Below are positions 1 to 10,300 of a stretch of DNA of 64,000 nucleotides, one piece after another (position 1 is the first letter of the stretch; every line of letters begins with the position of its first letter). The notes below the pieces were generated by a model. It saw only the letters and a program-made list of their open reading frames with translations. It had not been told where the DNA came from and did not search any database. A program made the translations under genes and the position numbers. Origin of the DNA: Limnochordia bacterium (GTDB lineage: Bacteria > Bacillota > Limnochordia > DTU080); contig JBMNJG010000007.1 in assembly GCA_050951545.1 (NCBI GenBank), positions 416,001 through 480,000 on the forward strand, read 5' to 3'.

Positions 1-230
1 GCTATATAGGAGACCAACACATGGGCGACCAAGAGAGTGAAGATGGTCACGATGCTGTTAAGTAGCGGCGTCTCTTTGTCACTCATCGAGATGGCCGCCA
101 TATCTGCCAGGAGGATCGCCACCACGAACTCGAAGGGCTGAAGCTCGCCCACCTGTCGCTTCCCCATCACACGAGTGACAATGACCAGCACAGCGTATAA
201 GATCAGGGTGCGCACGGCGATAATCAGCAA
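1..230 (-). CDS. DUF421/YetF family membrane protein (5' part; runs off window start)
   Basis: Not in ORF track. Manual translation from TTG at 230 after AAGGAG: MLIIAVRTLILYAVLVIVTRVMGKRQVGELQPFEFVVAILLAD..., containing the R-x-MGKR-Q-x-x-EL-x-PF motif of DUF421. Confidence 0.85.
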   Translation of the reverse strand, partial: MLIIAVRTLILYAVLVIVTRVMGKRQVGELQPFEFVVAILLADMAAISMSDKETPLLNSIVTIFTLLVAHVLVSYI

Positions 231-314
231 GGCATTCGCTCCTTGTCGTCACGAGGTGGTTGGCATGGTCGCTACTAATCAGTGTTCCACCAACGGAGCT
301 CTTCATTCCCGTCC

Positions 315-470
315 TTAGCGCCGCCTGCTCATCGGCATTTTGACATACCAGCGGCCTCCTTGCTTGTATGCCTTGAGCTGGCCCCTGCGAATGCAGCGGC
401 GGGCACCTTCATGTGTCAGCCCGAAGCGTTCAGCCGCATCAGCGAGCTCACACCTGTAGAGAGTGTTCAC
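315..470 (-). CDS. small excisionase/MerR-like (HTH_17) DNA-binding protein
   Basis: GGAGG followed by GTG at 470; LADAAERFGLTHEGARRCIRRGQLKAYKQGGRWYV matches the HTH_17 pattern. Confidence 0.7.
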   Translation of the reverse strand: MNTLYRCELADAAERFGLTHEGARRCIRRGQLKAYKQGGRWYVKMPMSRRR

Positions 471-674
471 CCTCAGCCTCCATGGCCGGGGGAATCTGAG
501 GCGTTTCCTCACGCGCTCCACCCTTCCCGCTCCGCTCCACCATTCTATGCGTAGAGGGCAGGGTTGGGGCCCTAGCATGCGTGGGGTAACAGGAGTTGAG
601 GGTCCTGACAGTTAAGTAAGTAAAGCCGGGGCGACAAAGCCCGCAAATTCGCGCAAGCAAGCAGGTGAAGACCC

Positions 675-2261
675 ATGGGTGTAGGTGTCACACGACTTCG
701 CAGAATGACACCACTGGTGGAGGGTTTTTTTCTGCCAATTACTGGCGCACTGGCCTCTGCTGGCGTGGCAGCTGTAGCTTTGCGTCTCATGGCCCTAGCC
801 ACCGGGCTTGAGACGGGGTGGCTGGCTTATGTAGCTTTGTTCGTAGCGGGGGCTATCGGAGCTGGGGCTGGCGCACTGCGCGACCTACTGGAGCTCCCCA
901 GGACTCTGCGGCTGTTGGATCTGCTGATGGCAGTGCTTGTTGGAGCTGTACTGCTGTATCTGGGCCCTCGCACATCAGGTACGCTTCACATCGGAGGTGG
1001 CTCACAGTCGGTATCGCTAATAGGCGCGGGCCTGATCGGTGTCGTATTGGCCTGGTCTTTCGGCTCGTCGCTAGCGTGGGTAGTGGCCAGAGTGTATCCT
1101 TACCATCTGGCGCAGCCTCATAGCGAGGTTCTGGCTGAACGCTTGCTTGAACAGGCTAAATTGCAGGAGGCGTATGTGTTTCGACGTTCTATGTCGGCCA
1201 ACATAGAGGCATGGCGCAGTGCTGTCCAAGTCACGCTGACGCTTATCTTGCTATATCTGGTGATGACTCTGCTATGGACACCTCTGCAGCAGGAGCGCGG
1301 AGATATCCTGCTGGCTGTGTGGACTAGCGTGGCTTTTGGGGGAGTTCTCGCTTTCCTGGGGTTGGTGCACCTAGCCGGAAACCGTCGTTTGGAGGAGCGC
1401 TCGGGCAACGTGGTGGTGCTCCCTGGCTATAGTCGGGCCTGGGCTGGTGCTGTCTACGTGCCCTTGCTGGTTATCGCCGTGTTGGGCATCGCCTTGCCCA
1501 GTGATATCAGCCCTCTTGCCCATGTGGATTGGAATGCGGTGATGACCAGCTTTACGCAATGGTTGGTGGGGTGGGCATTCACTGGCCCAGCGAAGAAAGC
1601 TATGTACCAGGGGGTTTCTGCAGGTCACCAAGCGGGAGAACTGACGCATCATGCGCCAGCGGTATATGGGGGCACTGGCGGCAGCGGGCCATTCGGTGTC
1701 TTGGTGGTGATCGGGATACCCCTGGCACTGTATATCATCTGGTATGGTATCCGGAGGCTCGTCCGAATGCGTGACTACTCTGTAGAACAGGAGCGTGAGC
1801 GAGGCAGGGGGCTCCTGGCCATCCTCTGGGCGATTATCACCTGGCCGTGGCAAGCGTTGGTTCGCTGGTGGCGAAGCGCCCGTCCTAGCCAGGGTGCTGT
1901 CCGCGTACAGAAGGATAGGAGTGATAGCCCGCGAGCGCGTCGTCAGCGTCGGCGTGGGGCTCGAGTACATCCAGAAGACCCGGCGCTGTTCGTGCGTTAC
2001 ATCTATGGACGCGCCTTGCTCTCTGCTGCGAGGGCTGGTTTCCAGCGGCCAAAGCACCAGACGGCCCTGGAGTATGCCAGGAGTCTTGCCGAACGTGTTC
2101 CAGATACGGCAGAGCCTATGCAAGAGCTTACCCAGAGTTACTGCCATGTGCGTTATACGGACCAAGAGCCGGAGAAAGGAATTGGGGCACGCTCGGTAAG
2201 GCTTCTGCGTGCTGCCACGCGCGGATTGCGCTCTGCACGCCGAGCGAGGGTGGAGGACTAA
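675..2261 (+). CDS. multi-pass membrane protein with C-terminal DUF4129 domain
   Basis: Many hydrophobic segments; C-terminal Y...L...G..R...QTALEYA...LT..Y..VRY motif; true start may be slightly downstream. Confidence 0.75.
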   Translation: MGVGVTRLRRMTPLVEGFFLPITGALASAGVAAVALRLMALATGLETGWLAYVALFVAGAIGAGAGALRDLLELPRTLRLLDLLMAVLVGAVLLYLGPRTSGTLHIGGGSQSVSLIGAGLIGVVLAWSFGSSLAWVVARVYPYHLAQPHSEVLAERLLEQAKLQEAYVFRRSMSANIEAWRSAVQVTLTLILLYLVMTLLWTPLQQERGDILLAVWTSVAFGGVLAFLGLVHLAGNRRLEERSGNVVVLPGYSRAWAGAVYVPLLVIAVLGIALPSDISPLAHVDWNAVMTSFTQWLVGWAFTGPAKKAMYQGVSAGHQAGELTHHAPAVYGGTGGSGPFGVLVVIGIPLALYIIWYGIRRLVRMRDYSVEQERERGRGLLAILWAIITWPWQALVRWWRSARPSQGAVRVQKDRSDSPRARRQRRRGARVHPEDPALFVRYIYGRALLSAARAGFQRPKHQTALEYARSLAERVPDTAEPMQELTQSYCHVRYTDQEPEKGIGARSVRLLRAATRGLRSARRARVED

Positions 2262-2959
2262 TGGGGAAACGGGTGGTGAAGGGTGTGGTGGACCTGGTGG
2301 AGCAAATGCGAGGCGGTCTGATTGTGTCGTGTCAGGCCAGAGGTGATAACCCCCTTCAGGGGGCGATCTACATGACGGCAATGGCTCGCGCTGCGGCTAT
2401 GGGCGGGGCGGCCGCTATTCGGGCGGAAGGTCCTGATGATGTTCGGGCGATCGTGGGTGCAGTCACGGTTCCTGTGATTGGCCTGTACAAGGTCGATTAC
2501 CCAGATTCGCCAGTGTATATTACGCCTACATTGCGTGAGCTCGAGGCTGTGTTGGCGGCGGGGGCCCCTATCGTGGCAGTGGATGCCACAGCCCGTCAGC
2601 GGCCGGGCGAGAGCTTGCCAGAATTGGTGGCACGCATCCACGACGCAGGGCGGGTGGCGATGGCTGACATATCGACTTTGGAGGAAGCCTTGCAGGCGGA
2701 GGCGATGGGCTTCGATCTCGTAGCGACCACGCTATCGGGATACACGCCATATAGCCCACAGCTATCGGGTCCGGATCTGCGCTTAGTTGAACAGTGTGCT
2801 GCCCGGTGTCGTTGCCCAGTTATCGCTGAGGGGCGGATCGGGGACCCAGCTACCGCGGCGAGGGCCTTGGCGGCAGGGGCCTTTGCTGTGACTGTGGGAA
2901 CGGCCATCACTGATCCTGCCCGCATCACAGCCAATTTCGTCGCAGCGATGCAGTGGTAG
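2261..2959 (+). CDS. nanE: N-acetylmannosamine-6-phosphate 2-epimerase
   Basis: GLIVSCQA, PVIGLYK, VYITPT, MADISTLEE, TTLSGYT, IAEGRI, VGTAIT motifs; TAATG overlap with the upstream gene. Confidence 0.93.
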   Translation: MGKRVVKGVVDLVEQMRGGLIVSCQARGDNPLQGAIYMTAMARAAAMGGAAAIRAEGPDDVRAIVGAVTVPVIGLYKVDYPDSPVYITPTLRELEAVLAAGAPIVAVDATARQRPGESLPELVARIHDAGRVAMADISTLEEALQAEAMGFDLVATTLSGYTPYSPQLSGPDLRLVEQCAARCRCPVIAEGRIGDPATAARALAAGAFAVTVGTAITDPARITANFVAAMQW

Positions 2960-2967
2960 GCGATCAT

Positions 2968-4059
2968 TCAGCGCGGGTTGGCCAGAATGCGGGTGAGCAA
3001 GTCTGGTCGTAGGCTCTCTACCCCAGCGAAATCCATGTGGGGGGCGTAGATCGCTTCTAGCTCGTCATGCAGGCGCTTAGCCGTGGCCAGAGCGGCGATC
3101 GCTCGCTCTAGAATATGCGAGAAGAGCTGTTGGTTCTGCCCCAGTAGCTCCGCGTGGGCCTTGACTGTCGCTGGATGTCGACAAAGATCCATGTTGATCA
3201 CTGTGGCCTGTCTTGCTTCATAGAGATGCGGAGCAGTAGAGGTGATCACGGCGCAGCCAAGCGCAGGAATCAGAGCATGCTCGTATCGCTGGGGGTCTAG
3301 GCCACAATGGTACGCCTCGACCAGATAACCACGTTCCAGCGCGGCGTCGATCACCTTTTTGAGCAGGGTAGATTTGCCCGTGCCGGGCGAACCCGAGACC
3401 AGGATCTTGTGCGGCACTGCGTCCATCAGGCTGGGCAGGTGGTTATGGAATCCGGTAGGGGTAATGGCACTAGCGAAAAGGTGACGTATGCGCCCCACAT
3501 CGGCGGAGATGGGGCGGTGGCCGAAAAGACTGGCGATCGCCGAGGCCGCGTTCTCGTTAGCCCGGCCGTGGTTGAACTTCTCTTGGCTGATGTCGGCGGC
3601 GATCTCGTAGACATTTCTCGCAGCTGCCAGCAGGCGGTAGGCGCGCCAGAATGCTCGTGACGCGCCCGCTCTGGCGGCGAGGATCCGGTCCTTGTGTGGG
3701 CGGATACCGGCCTCATCACAGAACGGACCCAGGTTTACGATCTCGTCTACCACTCCTGGATGCACCGGGTCGATCAGATGTGGTGCGGTGCCATCAATAA
3801 GCGACACCTCCAGCTGTGGCATACGAATGGCGTCTAGGGAGGGAGCGTCGGAGGAACAGTGAAAGTACTCGACGTTGAACCCGCGACTTTGCATCTCTTG
3901 GCTTAGCCATTTCATAATAGTGGATTTCCCAGAGCCGGGTCCCCCCTTGATGATCATGATCCGCGTCGCGTCAATGGGGGCAATGTGGTGGAAAAAAGAG
4001 TGGAAGCCATTCGCAGTGTTGCCCCCAGCGAAGAGGTGCCTTTCGTTGCCTACGCTCAC
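2968..4059 (-). CDS. PRK06851-like ATPase with two P-loops
   Basis: FAGGNTANGFHS, KGGPGSGKST, HCSSD, DGTAPH, then a second module FASAITPTG...GSPGTGKST. Confidence 0.8.
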   Translation of the reverse strand: MSVGNERHLFAGGNTANGFHSFFHHIAPIDATRIMIIKGGPGSGKSTIMKWLSQEMQSRGFNVEYFHCSSDAPSLDAIRMPQLEVSLIDGTAPHLIDPVHPGVVDEIVNLGPFCDEAGIRPHKDRILAARAGASRAFWRAYRLLAAARNVYEIAADISQEKFNHGRANENAASAIASLFGHRPISADVGRIRHLFASAITPTGFHNHLPSLMDAVPHKILVSGSPGTGKSTLLKKVIDAALERGYLVEAYHCGLDPQRYEHALIPALGCAVITSTAPHLYEARQATVINMDLCRHPATVKAHAELLGQNQQLFSHILERAIAALATAKRLHDELEAIYAPHMDFAGVESLRPDLLTRILANPR

Positions 4060-4138
4060 AGGTTCTGCCTCCCGAGATGACGTTCATATCCAGCTTATAT
4101 GCTCTGCATTGTCAGTTTGTGCTGTATTGGTTTGGCTT

Positions 4139-4504
4139 TCATGACAGTGTCAGCCGGATCCAGGCCCAGACGAAATCGCGTCGCAAACGCCAGCCGCGCT
4201 CTGGGAGTCCAGCCACCACTTCAAGGGTGAACTTGTGGTAAAGGGTTTGGCACAGATTCACATCTCCCCACGTGGCGTCGAAAAGAATAGTCAGGGCAAG
4301 TCGGGCGGCGCCGGTCTCTGTCTGCCACTGGTCACGTATGGAGTCAGGCCGTGTCAGTTTGCGCAAGGGGTAGAGGGCACCCGACTCCTCGAGGTAGACC
4401 CGTGGTGTGCCGCCTTCATACCGCCCGACGTAGATGCGCTCCGAATCAACTAGGTACTCATCTGCCCGTTGCCAGCTTGGATATGCTTCAGGTTCGTAGG
4501 TCAT
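4139..4504 (-). CDS. DUF6166-like hypothetical protein
   Basis: GAARLALTIL...YHKFTLEVVAGLP..GW.L pattern. Confidence 0.55.
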   Translation of the reverse strand: MTYEPEAYPSWQRADEYLVDSERIYVGRYEGGTPRVYLEESGALYPLRKLTRPDSIRDQWQTETGAARLALTILFDATWGDVNLCQTLYHKFTLEVVAGLPERGWRLRRDFVWAWIRLTLS

Positions 4505-4725
4505 AGCGCGTGCACCTCGCTGCCCAGTGTTTTTTCACGGGCCTACTTTCAGCATTTGGGCCAATGCTTCCTACGAGTTATACAGCCTTCGTTATTTGAC
4601 CACGACCTTCGATACATTCTTCTGAAGGGGGGAGGTTTGGAGAATAGTTTATCATAGGGACCATGTCGGGTGACAGGGTGCGCAAGGAGGCGGATCATGC
4701 GAAGCGGAGCAGGGTGAGATGAGGG

Positions 4726-4756
4726 CCGCAGGGGGCGCCTTGGGCGCCCCCTGCGG
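4726..4756. terminator. GC-rich hairpin, probable terminator of the 4763-5941 gene
   Basis: CCGCAGGGGGCGCC-TTG-GGCGCCCCCTGCGG, a perfect 14-bp stem; no clear U-tract. Confidence 0.55.
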
Positions 4757-4762
4757 TGGGGG

Positions 4763-5941
4763 TTAGAAGGAGATAGCGAGCTCGATGCTGCGCAGGCCTG
4801 AAGGGATGTTCACCACGCCAGTAAAGTCCTGACCTGATGGCCCGGCAACTCGTACTTCATGCGAACCCGGGGTTAGGTAGTGCTTGAGTTTGGTTCTGCC
4901 TACATACGAGCCGTCAATATAGACTTGCCGCTCTGAAGGCCTAGATGTGATCTCCACAAGGACTTTCTGCTCTTTGACCACAATCCTCACCGTAGCTGAC
5001 GCTGTGGTACCGCGGTTGTCTTCAACCGTGAGGCGCGCAGTGTAGGTTCCTGGTCTGTTATACGTCCAGCGTGCTGATTCACCCGAAGCATCAGTACGAC
5101 CGTCGTCATCGAAGTCCCAGCGATACGAACGGATTGTGCCAGTAGGAGCGTAGGAACCTCTAGCCGAGAACGATATCGATGTGCCAAGTTCTACTTCTGT
5201 AGCACTGGCCTGGATGCGAGCCACAGGGGGCTGGAGACGCGGTATGAGCCACGAGTCTCGGCCAGCTTCCACATCATAGGCGCTCCAGGCGAAGGCTGAC
5301 CATGATCTCGTGTCGCGTACCCAATCCTGGAACTGCTTGAGCGTGGATGCGGCAGAACCCATTAGTGGGAAATCTCCGCCGCTACTGACAAGGCGCTCAA
5401 GGAATGAGATCCGCTGATTGGAGGCAATCAACAGAAGGTATTCGCGCCCAACAGGTCCTTCTACTCTAAACGTGTACCTGCCGCGGGGCAAGTTGTGAGT
5501 ACCGGCCTGGCTCATATAGGACTCGCGGTCCCAATTGTTTGGGAAAACCAGACGAATGTTGCCTCGCGTATCCACGTTGAGGATGTATGCATAGGCTGCA
5601 CGCGACAGGCGAAAAGAGATGCGGACATCACTGCCTATAGTGTAGGCTCTGCCGTCCGTCCATACGCTTACTGACTCAGGCGTAGGTGTGATTCCCTGAA
5701 CCACCATGCGTCGCGTGCTCGCATCGCCAGTGGAGGGGGCTGCCCCTTGCTGTTCGCCGAAGAGCTCTTGCATCTGTTTTACGAAATCGCTATCAGGTGC
5801 GCCTTGTGGCGCAGCTGTTTCGCTTTCCCATGGGGGAACCTCCGACTGGGCCATTGCTACGCTACCCAGGGTTAGCAGAATAAGCATCGCGAGCGTCAAG
5901 CTACCCGCAAACGTTCGCCGCGCTCTATTCATCAAAACCAT
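4763..5941 (-). CDS. secreted DUF4384 + PKD + PEGA domain protein
   Basis: Signal-peptide-like N-terminus; VWTD..Y.IG...AYAYILNVDT.G....FPN (DUF4384); SYRWDFDDDG...Y..PGTY.A.LTV.D (PKD); ITS.P....VYIDG.YVG.T (PEGA). Confidence 0.8.
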   Translation of the reverse strand: MVLMNRARRTFAGSLTLAMLILLTLGSVAMAQSEVPPWESETAAPQGAPDSDFVKQMQELFGEQQGAAPSTGDASTRRMVVQGITPTPESVSVWTDGRAYTIGSDVRISFRLSRAAYAYILNVDTRGNIRLVFPNNWDRESYMSQAGTHNLPRGRYTFRVEGPVGREYLLLIASNQRISFLERLVSSGGDFPLMGSAASTLKQFQDWVRDTRSWSAFAWSAYDVEAGRDSWLIPRLQPPVARIQASATEVELGTSISFSARGSYAPTGTIRSYRWDFDDDGRTDASGESARWTYNRPGTYTARLTVEDNRGTTASATVRIVVKEQKVLVEITSRPSERQVYIDGSYVGRTKLKHYLTPGSHEVRVAGPSGQDFTGVVNIPSGLRSIELAISF

Positions 5942-6147
5942 CTCCTCCGGACATCGAGTTTTGCCGTGTAGCCATGCCGTCGACGCGCCACGTGGGCTTC
6001 CTTGTCTTGGTGGACATCGGCATACACTGTAATGAGAGCTGCTGTGTCTCTCCCTGTTACGCTAACGTATGCCGAAAGCACTGAGAGGCCACCTTCAGGT
6101 AATGAAGATAGCCTCTCATCGTTAGTGTGCATTGTGGTGCTCGATCA

Positions 6148-7236
6148 CTATTTCGTCAGCCAGCGCTCCAAGAAGTCCAGTCCGGTGGTGGTCCGGATCT
6201 CATGACCACCTTCATGCAGATCGAGCTCTATTGCCTCTGGTATGCCGAGACGAGCATAGTGCTCTCGGGCTCTCTCGCAGGTCTCGACCACGAAAGGCCA
6301 CCAGGCTATGCCGTCCGCCTTTCCTGTTTGGATCTGCAGCGGGCGAGGGCAGATCAAAGAGGCGAGATCCTCGTCATGGAACTCTGCTAGCCAGCGCGGA
6401 ATAAAGACGTACTCCTCTTGCACCGAAAGAAAGCAACTGTAGCGGGGATCGTCAAAAACCATTTTCTTGACCCGATCGTTGAACCAGGCACAGCAGACGG
6501 CAGCTTTGATCCGTGGCTCGAGGGGGACGGTAAACAGGGTGTACGCACCGCCCAAGCTGATGCCCCACATACCCACGCGCTCGGCATCGATCTCTGGCAT
6601 CGCTAGTACAGTGTCGAGTAGGCAGCGAATCTTGTGAATCTCCACGCCCCATAGGGTAATGCCTAGCATCTTGCAGATGCGCTCTAGGCGGCTGCGCGGC
6701 GGCGCTCCCATGACATTCTTGGGGGCCAAGACCGCAAAGCCACGACGGACGAGCTCGCGACCATACTGCTGATAAGCACCGCCGCTGCCCGTGAGACCAA
6801 AGACCGTCTCCGGCGAGCTGCCAATGCCGTGTTGCGCTATCACCAGGGGCAGCTGGCCCGAACGTTTCTTGGGCAAGGCTACAACCCCGTGGGCCCGCAG
6901 ACTGCCAGCGACAGGCACTATCAGCCAGCGCGCCACCAGCTCGTCGTCTTCCATGAAGGGCTCCCAAACCACCTCGCCTTCGGGCTCAGGCAGGTCCAAG
7001 GTGGACAGATCGCCGACTGCTGCAAGCCAGCGGGCCCTGTTGGGTTCCACTGAATGCAGATAGGCCTGCCTCGAGCTGTAGTCACGGTTCCACAGTTTCT
7101 GGCGCGAGTGTGTCGAATGCTCACTTAGTGCGCGCAGGAAATCCTCAGTCTCCGTCTTTACCAGCCACTGCTTGTCGTTTACGACGCGGTCGATCACTTG
7201 AGGTGTGACGTGCAATGCGTTTTCGTATGATGGCAT
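6148..7236 (-). CDS. alpha/beta hydrolase (dienelactone hydrolase/acetylxylan esterase-like)
   Basis: PLVIAQHG, GISLGG nucleophile elbow, LICPRPL, HEGGH; start placed at ATG after GGAGG. Confidence 0.8.
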   Translation of the reverse strand: MPSYENALHVTPQVIDRVVNDKQWLVKTETEDFLRALSEHSTHSRQKLWNRDYSSRQAYLHSVEPNRARWLAAVGDLSTLDLPEPEGEVVWEPFMEDDELVARWLIVPVAGSLRAHGVVALPKKRSGQLPLVIAQHGIGSSPETVFGLTGSGGAYQQYGRELVRRGFAVLAPKNVMGAPPRSRLERICKMLGITLWGVEIHKIRCLLDTVLAMPEIDAERVGMWGISLGGAYTLFTVPLEPRIKAAVCCAWFNDRVKKMVFDDPRYSCFLSVQEEYVFIPRWLAEFHDEDLASLICPRPLQIQTGKADGIAWWPFVVETCERAREHYARLGIPEAIELDLHEGGHEIRTTTGLDFLERWLTK

Positions 7237-7339
7237 TACAAAACCTCCCTGGAGAGTGATGTCATGCTGTGCGGGCACGGGCTGCCACCTTAGGATTTTG
7301 GCGCCCATGCTATGTGTTGCTGAACGGTCTCCTTCTTGC

Positions 7340-10300
7340 CTAAGGAGCCGATACCTGGAAACAGGTCACCCCACCAGCGTCATCAGCGATGGTGACCGTA
7401 TCTGCATGGCCAGCAAAACTGGATAGGGGCATGCCCTTGAGTACACAACGGGCAAGAAGGCTGCCGTCAACGCCTACTTCATAGACCGATCGATCGGTAC
7501 AGGCGACGAGTAGTCGTTGGCCAAGGGCGTGCATGGCTCTGATCTCGTGCGGTAGCTGAACGGCCCAAAGTTGCGCTCCTGAGAAGTCAAAGGCCGTGAG
7601 CCAAGCAGATGGTGAGCCGACGATGATCTCTTGCACGCCATCTGCATTGACATCCAGCGTGGCTAGAGCACTGATCCAGTCGCCGAGAAGCCGTAGCCAC
7701 TTACGGTCGCCCGTCACGGCATCGTGCAAGGCCACTTCGTTGTAGGCATTTTTGCGACCGATGATGGCTTGCTGACAACCATCGCTTGATAGGTCAACGA
7801 TCTCTAAGCCCGGCACGGCTGTCATATCCCAGCTGCCGCGCTCGTTGTCGAAGGCGTTGCGGCTAAGCACGTTGCCCTTCGCGTCGAGCCGCCATACCGT
7901 ACTACCCGAAGAGGAGTAGCCGTTGCTTACGAGTATGGTCTTGCTACCGTCCGGCATCTTCATGGCTCGAAGCCGGTCAGGGATTCCCCACTCGATCTGA
8001 CGCAGCCACCTTGGCTGTCCATCGGCCCCGATTAGTTCGACACAGCCTCCACCTGTACCACAGATGATCTCGCTTTGACCGTCGTTGTCGACATCCTCAG
8101 TAAGGATCGCTTGCACTTTGGCTTTCAGCTCAGTGGTCCACCACGAGTAGATGGTCTCCGGCATGCGACAGCGATGCTGCCAGATAAGCTTACCGTTGTC
8201 AGGGTGTAAGGCGTACAGATGCTCATCATCACAGCCCACCAGAAGCTTACCAGGCATGTGCGAGAGGGCGCGTACAGCGGCTGGTGCTTGAATCCGCCAA
8301 CGCATCTGGCCCTGAGCATCCAGACACAAGACACCGCCGCAAGCAAGTCCAATGACCGTCTCTGTGCAACCGTCAGCGTCGATATCTGCGGCGTAGGTGC
8401 TGAGTGGCACTCCATCGATCGAAGACGACCAAGCAGGCATCAGGGCAGCGAGTGCAGATGATGTGTCCGGGGTGGAGCGAGGCACGGGTCGCTGAGCATC
8501 CTGGCAGATCTGCTGCCTGAGCAGCTCCATGTCTCGGGGAAGAACGGCTGTACTGGCGAGCTCGTGGTGGCCCGCACTGAGTCGGTGACAGGAATGATCG
8601 ATCTGTACCTCGACTGGCTCCATCGCCTCAACAGCCACTTCACCGGTGGACGGGATCAGCTCCACATGGCAAGGCACAGAGGTCGTGATGACTTTGCTGG
8701 TCCCTATGGCTATCTCACGGCAGTTGACCACCGCTATCGAATCGGCACCCGCACAGAAAGCACTGCCCATGAGTCGCAGGTTCGCCCGGCGGAAGCCCTC
8801 CAAACCGATGAGTCCCATATAGGCCAGTTCGTCTCCGCATAGGACGCACAGGGTGTCGCCAATCTTGATGACCTCGTAGTGAGCGGTTGTGTCACTTCCT
8901 TCGACATAGAGTAGGTTAGTAAAGACCTGTACGTCTCCTGCCTGCATCTTTCTGTCGACGATCTGGCGCACACGGTTGATGCCAGGGCGGCTACAGTAGC
9001 TTCGCCAGGGCATCGTGTCAGGCGGGCCAAACAGGCCCACCGTCTGTTCGCTGTAGCGCAAGGGGAAACCCTCGGCATTCTTGATATGAAAGACATCACG
9101 CGGGGCATCTGGCTGAGCTTGCTCCCAGACTGTGGAGGAGAAGTGACTACCCGTGATCTGCGGTTCGCCGATGGTTCGCCATTGACATTCCAATGAGTAA
9201 TGACCGTTCTCGGTGATTCTCACAGCATCGAGGACCACAAACCAGGCGCCCTTGCGCCAGAAGATGTGGCGATCCCACGATGAGAAGGCGTGCTGGTTGG
9301 CTCTGCTATGACTGTAACCGAAGCCACTCAGATTGGCCACGGCCTCCAGCGAAGCTACGCGGCCCAAGGGGGCACCCAGTCCCTCCTTGCATACAGTGAC
9401 CACGTTGTGGCAGACGGGGTTTTCACCACCGATATCACTCACTAAGAAGATGCGATCGTTCTGGGTGAAATGAGCAATGGAGTTGACGTCGGGCCACGGT
9501 TTGCTGTCGGGCCCGCCGTGGAGCCCGTCCAGAAGCAGATACTGATCGTGATGCTCAAAGCCAGAGCGCATAGTCAACTTGTCGAACGACTTCTCGAAAG
9601 GTACCGCGGAGCCGCGTTGGCGGTGCTCCCACGAAGCGAGTGGCAGGTAGTAGACGCCGACCATCTTTTCCATCGATGATTCGGGTCTGAGACCTGTAGC
9701 CCAGGCTTGGCCAGCGGTGAACTCTTCGGTGGTGTCGGTGAAGCCCGCCTTTTTCTCCGCTCTCTCCCGCAGATGGGTGGTGGCCAGTAGCTGACCGTTG
9801 CCCAGCAGAGCCGCGCATTTCTGCAGTGTATAGGTGGGATAGCTGGTGTACTCGCTTTGTCCGGTGTTGGGCATGTAGCCAGTGTTGTCACAGTGCATGA
9901 GGCAGAGTTCAGCGTAGTGCTCCAGAGCCCCGCTGGTGATCAGGCGTTCGTCGCCCAACAGCAGAGCGGGGATAAGCACGCTCTCCAAGTAGCTGTAGAT
10001 GCCTCGTCCACCTAGATCGCTGTCGCCCTTGCACATTGTCATCTGTCTATCAAAATAGGCGCGTACCGCGTCTAAGTTCCGCTTCCATTCGTCAGACGGC
10101 CAGTACTTGCCAAAGTAACGGCTGTCAGTCAGGGTGCAGTTGGCCTGCATGGCCAGGTGGCGGTCGTGCAAACCTTTGGCTGTACAGTGTAGGAGACGTT
10201 CGATACCCGCACTGCCATCACGTCCGCGAGCGTGACGCAAGAGACGTTCCGTAATCTGATAGCGCTCTTCGAAAGAGAAAAAGGGGCTTTCTTCGATGAG

